Shown here piece after piece: positions 48,601 to 60,724 of a stretch of 64,000 bases of DNA. The notes under the pieces were generated by a model that saw only the letters and a program-made list of their open reading frames with translations, made no database searches and was not told the DNA's origin. Each line of letters starts with the position of its first letter. Position 1 is the stretch's first letter. This DNA comes from Octopus sinensis (Eukaryota), in the NCBI RefSeq assembly GCF_006345805.1, contig NC_043020.1, positions 3,968,001 through 4,032,000 on the forward strand, read 5' to 3'. The translations under genes were made by a program, and so were the position numbers.

Positions 48601-51600
48601 TATTATTATTATTATTATATTGGTACACATGGTAAGGTCTGACCTATATAATGGTGTGAGTTGAAACCCTTTTAGCATTCCGATCTGTCAAATGTGACTC
48701 TTCTTTATTCACATTGTTTTTAACTAAGCAGGCATTATCTCAATGCTTTCAGATATTGATGATGTGAGTGACTTTTTTTAAAAAATAACATTGTAGGGCA
48801 GGTGTAAGAAGCTGGATCTGGCCAGTTTAAACATAAAACAGAATCTTCGACCCCAATATGGTAGGCTTAAATGTTAAAAATGTTAAATGAGATTGTGCAA
48901 AAGAATACTTTAAGTAGCTTCATATGAGGAATAATACTCAGCACTGTAAACTAACAAAACACACATTAATTACACAGTGCTACCACTACTGACAGCAATG
49001 TGTGTTGGTACTTAAATCATGTTACCAATCTATGGTGTTGTGGCAACAACAGAGGTAGAGCACCGGTGGCAGACAACAGGTTGTCAACCTCCTGGTGCCT
49101 CGTCCTCCCCCAGTTGGGATTAAAACTTTCGAAATGCCAACCGATCCTCATTCCTCCTCCCCTACCTAAAACAAAAAAATGGATCATTGTAAAAGATAAA
49201 ACACACTGACCTATAAAACCGAAGTATACGTTGATTCCTTTGGTATTTCTTACACAAATAAAAGGCACTAGTAGAAATGACGACGGCCCCTAGTACAGCA
49301 GACAGAACCCCTAACACCACATCGGTAACCTGACTCTCATTTGCTGTTTCTAAATATGGACCAGTGTGGGGAGTTGGAGTTGAAGTTATGGGTTTTGGTT
49401 TGACTGTGGTCGTCAGTGGGACCCCTAGAAACAAAAAGAAAAACAATAATTAACTTTAATCACACCCTCTACACATAAACGTACAAAATTCTTTTTCTTC
49501 CTTTACTTTTCAAAGAAATCACATATATTGATGAGATTTACAAGGTGTTTATTCTTTTGATAATCCACGTTAATCTGCCAAATATTCTGAATCTCAGCAA
49601 TTTTCATAGCTACTTTGTTGTCTGTTGCAGATGAGTTCTATTTTTGAGGCAGAAGATAATTCCTGCTGGAGTGGCATGGAAGGAATAATGAGAGTATTGT
49701 GTGGCTAACAATGTAAAAATGATAGCAGAAGGGAGTGGGGTTAGAGACCTGACATCTGTGGGTAAATAAAGCATTTGTCACATTGTTGTGGAAGGTTGGC
49801 TTCTGTGTTACAAAAGATGATAAGGGCAACGGCTCTAAACATAATGGACTGAGTTTTGGTTTCATGTTATAAGGTAGAGAAATATGGTGAGCACAGGATG
49901 GCTGTGTGGTCAAAGAGTTTGCTTCAAAACTGGATTGTTTTCATTCTGGTCTCACTGCATGTCACTTTGGGTTGACCAATGTTTATTGTGGACTTAGCGC
50001 TACTTTAACACCTTCACCTGGTCTTCATTAGCAACTCATCAAGCAACTCTTCATTCAGCAAAAGTCCTGAATCTGAGTAAATAATGAGAAGAGAGGAAAG
50101 TTGAAAACTGAGAAAGGAGTTCATCAGGGCTGTATTCTTCTTTCTTGATGCTTGTTCAACATTTACACTGAGTGGAGAGTAAGAGAGGCAATAGAGGAAG
50201 AAGATGGCCATCAAAACATCACTTGTATATTTCTAATATAATAAAGTAGGCAGACAAAGCTGTTCTACTTGCCAAGACTGAAGCTAGACTACAAGAAATG
50301 ACAGAGTGAAGAAAGTATCAAATATGTACAGTCTTTATCTCAACCATAAGAAAAGTGATTGTAGTAAGAAAAGAGAAAATAGACATTAACTTCAAACCGG
50401 GCCCTGAAAGAGCTCAAACAGGTTGAATTGGAACCCAAGATACTTCAACAATTCTGTCACCAGAAAAACTGTCCCGAGTTAAAAACAAGACAATTGATTT
50501 GGCCCAGATGCATTTATGGCTACAAAGCATGGACTCTGAACAAATTTGGAAAGAATATAATCAATGCGTTTGAAATGTGAGTATATAGGAGAATGTTACA
50601 AGTCTCTTTCAAGGATTATCAGACAATGAATGGGTATTGCAAAAAGTAGGTGAAAGACTACCATTCCTGAACATTGTGAGAAAACAAAAGCTCTTCTGTT
50701 ATGGCCATATTCGAAGAAGTAAAGGTTTGGGAAACCTTATAATGGAAAAAGTAGTAGGCATTAGATTAAGAGGCCAGCAAAGAACACAATGGATGGACAG
50801 TATCACAAGTGGTTCGGCAAAAGTGGAGAAAGCAGCTGGAAAGGTGGCGCTTAACAAGAAAAACTTTTGCTGTAGTGTCATCAGTGCACTGCAGGCATAT
50901 GATACATTACAATGATGACCTGGTCTTTGGGTGCCTTTAATATTGTCCACTCTCTTACAAACAGTGAGGTCAGGCATGCTATTTCAGGATATTCCTCCTT
51001 TCCACTATTCTTGGGAGCCCCTAAAATAAATTATGGGTGCTGAACTAACCTCAGAAACTAAACCCTTAAAAAAGTGAATATAGAGGATTATATGTGGTGA
51101 GTGTGTGTCAGAGGTTTGGTGGTGTCCGGCAGTGAAGCATGGACAGCAAATGTAGAGGACGTGCTATGGTGTGCAATAGTGAAATATGAGCTGCAGATGT
51201 GGAGAATTTGCAATGGCCAAGGGGGAATGGTTTGGACATATAAATAAATGGCAGTTGCAATACCTGTAATAAACTGAATACTGTTTGAATTATAGACATC
51301 TGTGTCGACTGAACAAATGATGAAGACTGTGTATTGTGTTGAATTGGTCAGTTCAGTAAGTTGGAGCTGTGTCCAGTTAGTGGGAAGGCTGTTCATTATT
51401 TCTGTCACTTTGCCCTGTTTATTTTCGGGAGTGGACACAACTTCACATTTCACTAATCCCGACCTGGATGGAATTGTAGAAAACCAACTGAACAGAGCAG
51501 AATTGTGTTTAACATTCACGATTTTCAATTGCAGCAATCCATCAGTTGTTGATGGCTCCCCATCATCATCGGAGTCTTCTTCCTCTGCACCAAATTTTCG

Positions 51601-54600
51601 ACCATCACGATGACCTTCAAAGAGAATTTAAAAAAAAAACAGACTTAAGGTGATTATAGAATAAAACACATCAATAAACTCCACACACACCTTCCAGAAC
51701 TGAAAACTACCATCATTATCAAAGCAACAGGAATTTCTATAGAATTGATCGACCAGCTCTTAATATTTGACCAACAAAGGTGGTCAGTTGGCAAAATGCT
51801 TGGCAGCTTTTTGTCCTTTTTACATTCTGAGTTCAAATTTCACCAAAGTCGACTTTACCGTCGATCCTTTCAGGATCAATAAAGCAAGTATCAGTTAAAC
51901 ACTGGGGTCCATGTAATCAACTTGTCCTCTCCCTCTAAATTGCAGGCCTTGTGCCAAAATTTGAAACAAATTTTCAACCAACAAGGGCGGTTTAAGAATG
52001 GCTAGAAATAGCAGTCACCCTTAATCCTTTAGCATTTCAACCAGCCATATCCAGCCTGAATACTCTGTTTTATGTTCAAATTGGCCAGTTCTGGCCTCTC
52101 ACACCTACCCTACAATGTCATTCTAAAAAATATACAATCACATACCCGTCCAACCCATGCCAGCATGGAAAGCAGACGCTAAACGATGATGATGATGATT
52201 ACCAACATCTCAAAGTTACGAGATAATGCAGGATTAACTGGAAACAATGTGAATAAATAAGGACACATTGGATAATGTATCCCTAGATACACAATGTTTA
52301 CAATATAAAACAGGACAGCCATGGCTGGAATGCCTTTAACTGTAGCTCTGCTTCATCAGAATTAACCTGGGATTAAACAACAATGGAAGCTTCTATTTCA
52401 TCTTTTTACCTGCTAAATGTAGCAGCTAAATCTCCTTTGTATCACACTCAAAAGGAGAGAACAAATTGGATAATGTTGTCTTTGATACACAAGGCCTAAA
52501 AGCAAAGATTGGTGATGTTGTAATGTCTTTGGTTATAGGTTCTGCTAGAGCAAGATTGACCAGGAAGTAAAACAACAACAACAGCATGTGTGTGTGTGTG
52601 GCATCACAAGAAGTGTTTAAACTCTTGAGAGAATGTGAACTAATTTCGTTTTTGGAATATCTCAAAGCAGACACACAAATCTGTAAACAGCAGCACATAA
52701 ATATGGGATTGAAAAACTCTTCTGGATAGAAAAATTCAACTTTTTCCATCTAAAAAAGATTTTCAATCCAATATTTAGTGCTGTTATTTATAGCCTTTGA
52801 GATTTTCCAAAAATAAATAAATAAAAGAATGTGTGAGTGTGTGTGTAAAGGTAAGATCCAAGCATCAAGGTGTAGGAAGATAGTGAGTATCAAAAACAAC
52901 TTTTAAGAACAATAATGGTTTATTCAAGTAGAAGATAGGAAATTTTTCACATATCGAAGTTTGATAAGCTGAGAAAATGTTATTCCGTAACTTACAGTTA
53001 GCACAAATAGAAATCCAGAGTTAGGAATTGAGTCAACCTACGTATGTTTGATGGCTAGCAGAACCTTGAAAGTGGTAAATATCCAAATGAGGGGTCGAGT
53101 GCAAGCTGCTGCTCGGGATACCTTAATCAAGAGCAGTTTACATTGTCATCAAGGGATCCCATATCGACTTGTAAGGGGATTCGATTGAAGACCACAACAC
53201 ACTGCCCAGTCTGGGAATCAAAGTTACGATCTAATGATCATAAATGCAACATACCTAACCACTAGGTCATACACCTCCACATTATATATATATATATATA
53301 TATACAGGGTGTGACGAGAAAAACTTCTGTCAGGATCAGATGGTGAACCCAGAACAATTCCTAAAACATGTACCAAGAGTGATAAAAATCAAACATTCAG
53401 TCAACATCATGGTGTTTGGAGTGATCACTAGTGATGGGGATGTTATGCATCCATTCATCACCCCACACACCCTCAGACTCAACACGGAGGCCTACATCAA
53501 GTGCCTGGAGGAAGCAGTACTGCCCTGGGTCAAGAGGGTGGCTGCTGGAAAACCCTATGTCTCTGCACCATGCCACACAAGCAGGAGAACCCAGACATGG
53601 CTGTCAGACAACTTCTGCGACCACATCACCTTTAACATCTGGCCACCTGACTCCCCAGACTGCAACCCCCTTGGTTTTTATGCATGGGGCACAGTTGAGC
53701 AAGAGACCAACAAAACTCCTTGTCACACCAAAGATGAACTGAAGGCAAGGATTACAGCAGCATTCACCATCTTAAACAAGGAGACCCTCCAGAAGAGTTG
53801 CAGGAGATTCCAAAGTCATCTGGAGGCCTCAGCAATTTTACTGAAGAAATTTACTCTTTAGTATTTCAAGATATTTTGATGCAATTTTGGTAAATATATC
53901 TGGAGAAGGCAATGGTCGGTTTGATGCTACGAGAGATAACATATGGTTCAGGTGGGATTGAACCTGGAACCAAACAGTTGTGAAGCAAAGCTCTAAACCA
54001 CACAGCCACGTCTCCACCCAGACACACTGAGGGTTTCGATGATGTATTTAAGGGGTTCCAATGAATCATCTGTTACTACCAGTAGGGGTTAGAAACATTA
54101 CAAAAAGGTTCTTAGATAAAATTATGTTGTAAACTGTTTTGAGTCACAGATATGACTGGGTGGGTAAGAAATTTAATTCATTACCAGGTGGTATCAAGTT
54201 CAATCTCCTTGAACAGCACTTTTGTCTTCAACAAAAGCACTGCCTCCATTTATATATCTGATACACTCCAAGCCACAAAACTATTTCAATTATATTAGCC
54301 AATCTGCTGCTCCTGGTCGCACAACTCTTTTAAAATAAACAAATACTCGACACATGCTGGAGACAACTGAACTGACCCTACTCTCCACCCTGTCCCTACT
54401 CTCCCCCCTGTCCCTACTCTCCCCCCTGTCCCTACACTCCCCCCTGTCCCTACTCTCCCCCCTGTCCCTACTCTCCCCCCTGTCCCTACTCTCCACCCTG
54501 TCCCAAACATTTGCGGTCTTTAAGTTAGAAATGGATGATGATGATGATGATGATGATGAATATCGCTTTGGTTTTAATGAATTATTTCAGTTGTTTAATC

Positions 54601-54898
54601 AACAAAACAACCTGGTGAAAGTGGTTGAGTATTCCGTAACAGTCTTCTACCTTTAATATAATCCTCAAATAGAATCAATGTAATATAGTGTGAGTGAGAA
54701 GGGTGGGCCCCTCATTTACAGAGACAATCCATATTAGAATAATGTAGAGGTGGTCGCCTTACTACAGATTAAAAGATAGACAGAAAAGAATGGATGGAAA
54801 ACGAGAAGGAAGGTTTTATAGACTGCTAGCTCATGAGATAAATTAAGTCTCTCATGGGAGGGTCCCAGCCTCCCTCCCTCCCCATCTTTGGTGCAGAC
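45601..54898 (-). CDS. Uncharacterised single-pass membrane protein with one fibronectin type III domain, S/T/P stalk, TM helix and short NPF-containing tail; exons 54763-54898 (candidate), 51264-51614, 49211-49424, 45773-45804, 45601-45611; start unresolved
   Basis: Phase-compatible GT-AG exons (1,2,1). FN3-like pattern LKIVNVKHNSALFSW...LQLTELTNSTQYTVFIIC. TM VVLGVLSAVLGAVVISTSAFYLC followed by the basic stop-transfer KKYQRNQR. Confidence 0.72.
45773..45804 (-). CDS. FN3-TM gene: cytoplasmic tail exon (REAAEVDTNPFG)
   Basis: Very strong acceptor tttttctctctctctttcag|; phase 2 compatible. Donor TTG|gtgtga is weak; read-through would stop at 45714. Confidence 0.6.
49211..49424 (-). CDS. FN3-TM gene: Thr/Pro-rich stalk, transmembrane helix and juxtamembrane exon
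   Basis: Acceptor tctttttgtttctag|; donor TAG|gtcagt; 214 nt, phase 1 to 2. Confidence 0.85.
50020..50915 (+). mobile_element. Degenerate RTE (BovB-like) LINE, RT domain to 3' end
   Basis: KGVHQGCIL..CLFNIYTE, NIIK*ADKAVLLA (YADD-like), YGYKAWTL..INAFEM..RRML, KQKLFCYGHIRR..GIRLRGQQRTQWMDSIT. Confidence 0.88.
51264..51614 (-). CDS. FN3-TM gene: acidic segment plus FN3 domain exon (117 codons, phase 1-1)
   Basis: Acceptor ttctctttgaag|; donor CAG|gtattg; symmetric phase-1 exon typical of FN3 modules. Confidence 0.85.
53305..53898 (+). mobile_element. Tc1/mariner (maT-like) transposase remnant, inactive
   Basis: TA|CAGGGTG terminus; [20 protein letters not shown] (catalytic WQQD-type segment missing), WPPDSPDCNPLGFY (last Asp to Gly). 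Confidence 0.88.
54378..54503. repeat. Minisatellite, 7 x 18 bp (ctactctcccccctgtcc)
   Basis: Directly visible tandem units with three single-base variants. Confidence 0.95.
54763..54898 (-). CDS. FN3-TM gene: candidate signal-peptide exon (ELAVYKTFLLVFHPFFSVYLLICS)
   Basis: Strong acceptor t16-caatcttcacag| and donor GTA|gtaagg; phase 1 matches the FN3 exon; hydrophobic stretch; no in-frame ATG as sequenced. Confidence 0.5.
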
Positions 54899-56333
54899 CT
54901 GTGAAGATTGAAAAAAAAAAAAAAAGACAAAGAAATTGCTAGGTTTAATAAAAATCAAGATTTTAAACTTTTAAAATCTGATCAACAAAACAGCGTGGAC
55001 AGAAGAATTAAATTGATGCTGCAATAGTCATTATTAGTATCCTGGTTAGTAAAATAGGGAAGCGAGTAATAAATAACACTAATATTGGTGGTAGGGTGTT
55101 GATATCGGATCGAGAATTACTAGATATGTAAGTAGTGGGGGGAGGTGGAGATGAAGGTAAGTAGTGGTGGGCCAGGCTATGATAACCAGACATAGCAGCT
55201 GCCTGGTGTGTAAAGGTGCAGCCGACACCAGTTGGTGCGCGTGATGGCAGCAGCGATCGATATCATTATTCTAGTGGCATTAATTGAAGGTCTCCATAAC
55301 GTGTGTGGGTTGAAATACGACAACATTTGATGTCTACTCATGGACACACACGCTAGTAACAATAGTTCACCTTTGATACAATTAATAAGAGGCGAGCGAT
55401 TGATTGCTTTCAATTGAAATACAACCAGTGTGTGTGTGTGTCCCAATGCCAGAAATGTGTAATCGCTGGCTAAAATGATCGCCAGTCAATTGTGTTGTTA
55501 TTGAATCTGGGGGTGACTAATACAGCAGCTAATTCGATATTCGTTTGTCGGTCGGGCAGTTGGGGGTCTGAACGACTGCATACAGCTAAACACAACACAC
55601 TGGAACTTTGTATTTATCAACAGCAAACATTAAGCCTTGGGCCCCTAGTCTCGTGGCATCCCCTCCGGTGGAGTGGGGCTTCCTGTCCAGTGCCCGGGCC
55701 TTACAACTAAAACACACACACACTTACTCGTAGGTATTTGTGTATTTAATTTGGCGAGACAGAAAAAAAAAACACAAAAGCACTATAAATTATAAAACAA
55801 CAACAGGTCGTTGTTGTTGCGAAAGAATTTTGTTGCTTATTTAAGTTTTGTTCGAATCAAATTAAAAATAAATGATAGACGCCATTTAACCCTAGGTCGC
55901 TGGGCACGAAAGGAAATCAGTGATAGCAGCTACAATTTGATCAAGTGGAAGTGGACCCTTAAAGATCACCAAAATATTTGAGAAACAGGCATATTGGGGA
56001 TGTGTGTGTGTGTATAAAAGTTTGGTTTAAATGTGTTACTCGTATTGACAGAATGACTCTCCCGAGACACAACAAAATAATAATTAAATCATAATAATTG
56101 TCTGTAATTCGAACGCAAAACCATCAATTTTATTTTGTGGACCCCCGAGGAGAATGCATAGCAAAGTTAAACTTGGCAGGATTTGAACTCTAACCGTAAA
56201 GAAACGTAATTATTGCAAGGCATTTAGTCCGGTGTCCCAAGGATTCTGGTAAAGCAAAAGTTAAAATCCGCAGGAATTGGAAATCGGGAATCACAAGATG
56301 GGTGGGTGGGTGTGTACACGACATAGACGTGTA

Positions 56334-56373
<40 letters not shown>

Positions 56374-57399
56374 CACACACATTGTATACCCATTATGTGA
56401 CTGGGGTGGCGATTACCAGTCAAGAAACTGGTAAAATCGATATTCAATTGGGTACTTAATAGAAACGAGTAACGATATCTACCTATATACGTGTTTGTGT
56501 GTAAAGTGAGCAATAATGATAGTTAAAAACGTCAACCTACCGTCCGTAATCAAGACCATGCTACAGCAGAGCAGTAGAATTATGGGGAAACTGTGGAGGT
56601 GGGCAAATATGGCCATGGTGTGGTGCATATATATTTATATGTATATATATGGGGAAAGAACGAGGAGTATCGCTGGTGGTGGTCGTAATAACAATAATCT
56701 TTTCTACAAGAATGTCCAGAGGTGAAGCTTGACCAAATTTTCACGTTGAAATATTTTTTAAGATGCAAAAATAAAAACGAAATCAATCTTTGGTTGATCA
56801 ATATTTTCGGTTTCCTTTGTTTTTCTTCCTGATTTCGTCTTTTTTTTTTAAAGAATTTTCTTCCCAACCAATTCCAGGTTCTTCAAGAGACAACAGTAAA
56901 ATTAGGACGGAAGGGAAAGATGATGTTAATGACGGTTTAATGAATGGTTAATAAGGATTAAAAAATTCAAAACAATGTCTAGACGAAATGTGAGAGGTAA
57001 GAGGGGAAGAAGGATGGATAAATAAAGAAAGATTGAAGCTGGAACTGAGACGAAGAATGCCAAGAAGAGACGAAGGAAGGAAGGATGATGAAACTGGTAA
57101 TGGTACCACTGATGGTGTTTGGCTTATCTCGTCTTAGTCTGCGACTAAATAATAGATCAGCTTCGTTAGCTGCTTCGTTTGTTCTTTGTTGTTGCAAACG
57201 TTAAAATGTCCAAAGTGTGGGGCAGCAGTTTTCCTGGTTCCTCGAGATTTCCAGTTGATTCCTCATAAATCCTTGTAATTAGCGAGAGAGGAACGTCTGA
57301 GTGAATGGTGGACTTTAAATGGGATGGATTAATTGTAAAGTGGAGGTTCGGCTAGAACTGGAGGTAGTTGGCGGGAGAATAGTGGAGGGCAGGAATTAT

Positions 57400-57760
57400 T
57401 TGTAATAATCATCATAAATCGGGGTTGATGCCAGCCTGGAGTGAGTCGGGATTATGGCGACGGAAGATGTGAACTCGCGACGGAGGAAGTATCTGTTTGT
57501 GTGTGGAGGAGAGAGAGAGTGTGTGTGTGTCAGTGAGAGAGAGAGAGAGACAGGTGCGATGAGTGTGAGGGAGAGAGAAAGTAGAGTGACTAACAGAAAA
57601 GTGAGAGTGAAAGAAGGGGAGTGATGACAGTTTGTCAGGTAGAAGAAATGGAAGAGGATCCGTGAGAGAGAGAGAGAGAAAGAAAGTTGTGTGTGCGTGA
57701 GATAAACAATAGATGTGAAAAGCGTAAGAGGTAGATTATATAAAGCAGGAGACTATCTCA
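57400..57760. promoter_or_regulatory. Promoter-like CpG/GA-repeat region with YY1/ETS-like composite ATGGCGACGGAAG
   Basis: Motif at 57454-57466, GA/GT dinucleotide tracts, and pyrimidine-rich UTR-like sequence on the - strand from 57400 to 56870; orientation ambiguous. Confidence 0.35.
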
Positions 57761-58638
57761 ACAGCATTTAAGGGCCCGAGTAAAGCAGTACACTGCGGAC
57801 TACAGCATTATTTATTCACGGCAAACCACATTATATATATATATATATATATATAATTATAAATATTATTACAATGCAATAGTATTATTTTCCAGCGGTT
57901 TTTTGGGTTACCGTCCGCATACATCTTTGCCTCTATACATTCAGTGAAGCTTAACCTAGCGTCGAACTGTTATCGACTGCTATTTCCAGCAATAATTGGT
58001 ACCTTGTTGTGCCACTATTTCCTATATATAGAGAGAGAGCCTGCGACTGTCCACACTTGAAAATCAGTAATGGGCAACCTGCGGACTGCGGAACTTTCAT
58101 GCTGGCAACCCTAACAAACAAACACTTTCAGTATTTTATCACGCGACCCACCTGATGATCAGTCACGTGGTATGCAGCCCACATCTCGAAAACAGTTTGC
58201 TCATACCTACTCTAGATAGATGGATGGATAGACCGAGAGAGAGAGAGAGACGGACGGACGGACAGACAGACACATAGAGAGAGAGAGAGAGAGACGGACG
58301 GATTGATGGATAGATAGATAGATCTACTACAGCTTCAAGCTGACCAGGGTCTTGCGAGTGGATTTGGTAGACGGAAACTGAAAGGAGCTCGTTGTGTGTG
58401 TGTGTGTGTGTGTGTGTGTCAGTGTCCACCACCGCTTGACAATCGGTGTTGCTGGGTTTTACGTCCCCTTAAACTAGCGGTTCGGCAAAACAGACTGATA
58501 GAATAAGTACCCGGCATTAAAAAAAAATAAGTACTGGGGTCGATTAGTTCAACTAAAATTCCTCAAGGCGGTGCCCCAGCATGGCCACAATCTAATGATT
58601 GAAACAAGTAAAAGAATAAAAGAAGATATATATATATA

Positions 58639-58945
58639 TGGAGGTGCAATGGCCCAGTGGTTAGGGCAGTGGACTTGCGGTCAGAGGATCGCGGTTTCGA
58701 TTCCCAGACCAGGCATTGTGTGTGTTTATTGAGCAAAAGCACCTAAAGCTCCACGAGTCTCCGGCAGCAGGGGGGGGGGGCGACCCCTGTTGTACTCTTT
58801 CGCCCCAACTTTCTCTCACTCTTTCTTCCTGTTTCTTGAGTAACGCTGCGATGGACTGGCGTCCCGTCCAGCTGGGGAGGAACACATACAACACAGAAAC
58901 CAGGAAACCGAGCCCATGAGACTGGTTAGGCTAGAAAAGGGCGCA
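58639..58945 (+). mobile_element. tRNA-derived SINE (ggaggtgcaatggcccagtgg head)
   Basis: A and B boxes followed by a non-tRNA body and (TA)n tail. Confidence 0.75.
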
Positions 58946-58948
58946 TAA

Positions 58949-58990
<42 letters not shown>

Positions 58991-60410
58991 GAAGGAGAAA
59001 GAGAGAGAGGGGGTGTTGTGTGTGTAAGGTAGTGAAGAAATGAAATGGTTGTGACTAACATACACACGTGGTTTTTTAATGCTTGAATGGGCGAGAAATG
59101 TTAGATTCATGAGTTAACGGGGGGGGGTCTGTGGAGATGAGAGGGGGCAGCTACGTGAATGAGTCTGATAGATGTGGGAGTGAATGAGAGGGAGTGAATG
59201 AGAGGAAAAATTATACAAATGAATATATCTACTCAGCTGAACAAGTTGTCAATTAATTTAAGGAATAGTCTACCTGTGGGTGTTAATGTGTTTAAGGAGA
59301 AGCGGGTGATGGAGATAATCTCCTATTGCTTACCTTTATAGTGAGGTTTTTCCACTGAAGAGGTCTTAGGCCAACAGGTTTTGGGGTCTGACAATAAGCC
59401 ATAAAGCTAAACCCTTTATGGACGGGAAACCCAGGGTAATCCCATAAACCAACCTTCCCCATTAAATATATATATATATATAAGTTCAGTAAAATTTAGA
59501 TATGGTACTTAAGTTAAAGGCACCAGAAATTGGGGTGATTACAATCAAAATAAGCAACAAGGATATCCAGAGGTAATGCAGTACGATCGTTTCATGCGAC
59601 TCCATTTAATTAAACAATGCAAATATTACATCAGTTTTAAAATGTAGAGCAATCTTCAGCTGCATAAAAATATAGAATTTAGTTAAATTCAAAGGATTCA
59701 TTTGTACAGTTATTCTATTAACCAAAATCACAAAGAGGGTAAGTAGATAGACAAAGAAGAAGTTTCATCAACAACATCATAGTTGTAACTGATATTTTTT
59801 CACGGGGAAGACACTGCTTATCATTAATTTTACTTTGATGTTTAGATTTATTACTGCTGGGGAGGGGGGGATTTTATTGACTAGTTTATTAAGTCTAATG
59901 GAAAACTAGAATCTATCTTTTATGGATAGAGTGAAAAAGACAGTTTAAGTGGCACAATCAAGATCCCTTTGAAGTAGAAACCATTTGGGTCCAGTAGAAT
60001 ATATTTCAGCCAAAATTTGCAGACTAAAGCTGATGGGGGAAGGGAGAGTAAAACTTATAATACTTAACTATTTGACAGCCATGAACCCAATGATATTTTG
60101 AAATACATAGGTACATTTTAGAGAGTTTTTTTCTCAAAAAATCAGAATAATTCCTCAATTTACAATATCTGTACACTACTTCAAACACTCTATACATACA
60201 TACAGACAGACAGAATTATTAGTGAGGGATTAGTAATCCGGTCAAAGTACTCCACACATCTGGCTTACAATATTGTTTAGATTTGTAAAGAACTCTGAGC
60301 ATTCTTATTTCAGTGTCAGAGGTTAGTTTAACAACATTCTGTATTGTAAATCTGTGGTTGTGTTCCAGTGAAACTGGTTTTTACACCCAGTCATATATAA
60401 AACAATGTAT

Positions 60411-60704
60411 AAATAATGGTCATTATATAGTTTTCCTTTGATGGAGTAAATCAGGCTTGCAGCTGTTTCCAGTAATTATTATAGGTACATTACTGATAGG
60501 TTATCTCAAGTGGTCTATTGATCAGCTAAGAAAAGTTGAACAACTTAAATTAATTTTTAGGTCGTTTTTTTTAATTAATTGTTTTGGCTGTTCAATTTTT
60601 CTCAACTGATCAATAGACCAATTGTGTAAACCTATTAATCACTGCGAATAACTGTAAACCTAATTTACTCCATTAAAGGAAAAAATATGAAATGACCATT
60701 ATTT
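60411..60704. mobile_element. Old MITE-like element with long imperfect inverted arms
   Basis: aaataatggtcat..tttcctttgatggagtaaa..ggtctattgatcag mirrored by ctgatcaatagacc..tttactccattaaaggaaa..atgaccattattt. Confidence 0.7.
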
Positions 60705-60724
60705 CTACCTTGTCTCATATATTT

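Noticed and set aside
50014-50214. - strand ORF with acceptor and donor as an exon of the FN3-TM gene
   Set aside because: Ends in phase 2, incompatible with the phase-1 TM exon; it is the antisense of a + strand RTE reverse transcriptase remnant.
52426-52749. ORF with signal-peptide-like MLLLLFYFLVNLALAEP and an acceptor at 52749 as first exon of the FN3-TM gene
   Set aside because: The hydrophobic part is the reverse complement of the (CAA)n tail and body of a dispersed repeat family (also at about 43280-43430 and 52250-52380); no good phase-1 donor.
58639-58715. tRNA gene (also about 33838-33900 and 53945-54010)
   Set aside because: A/B boxes present but no acceptor stem closure; each continues into a SINE body.
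59340-59385. CTGAAGAG-gtcttaggcc-aacaggt as a hammerhead
   Set aside because: GAAA incomplete and stem I does not pair; at most a decayed relic.
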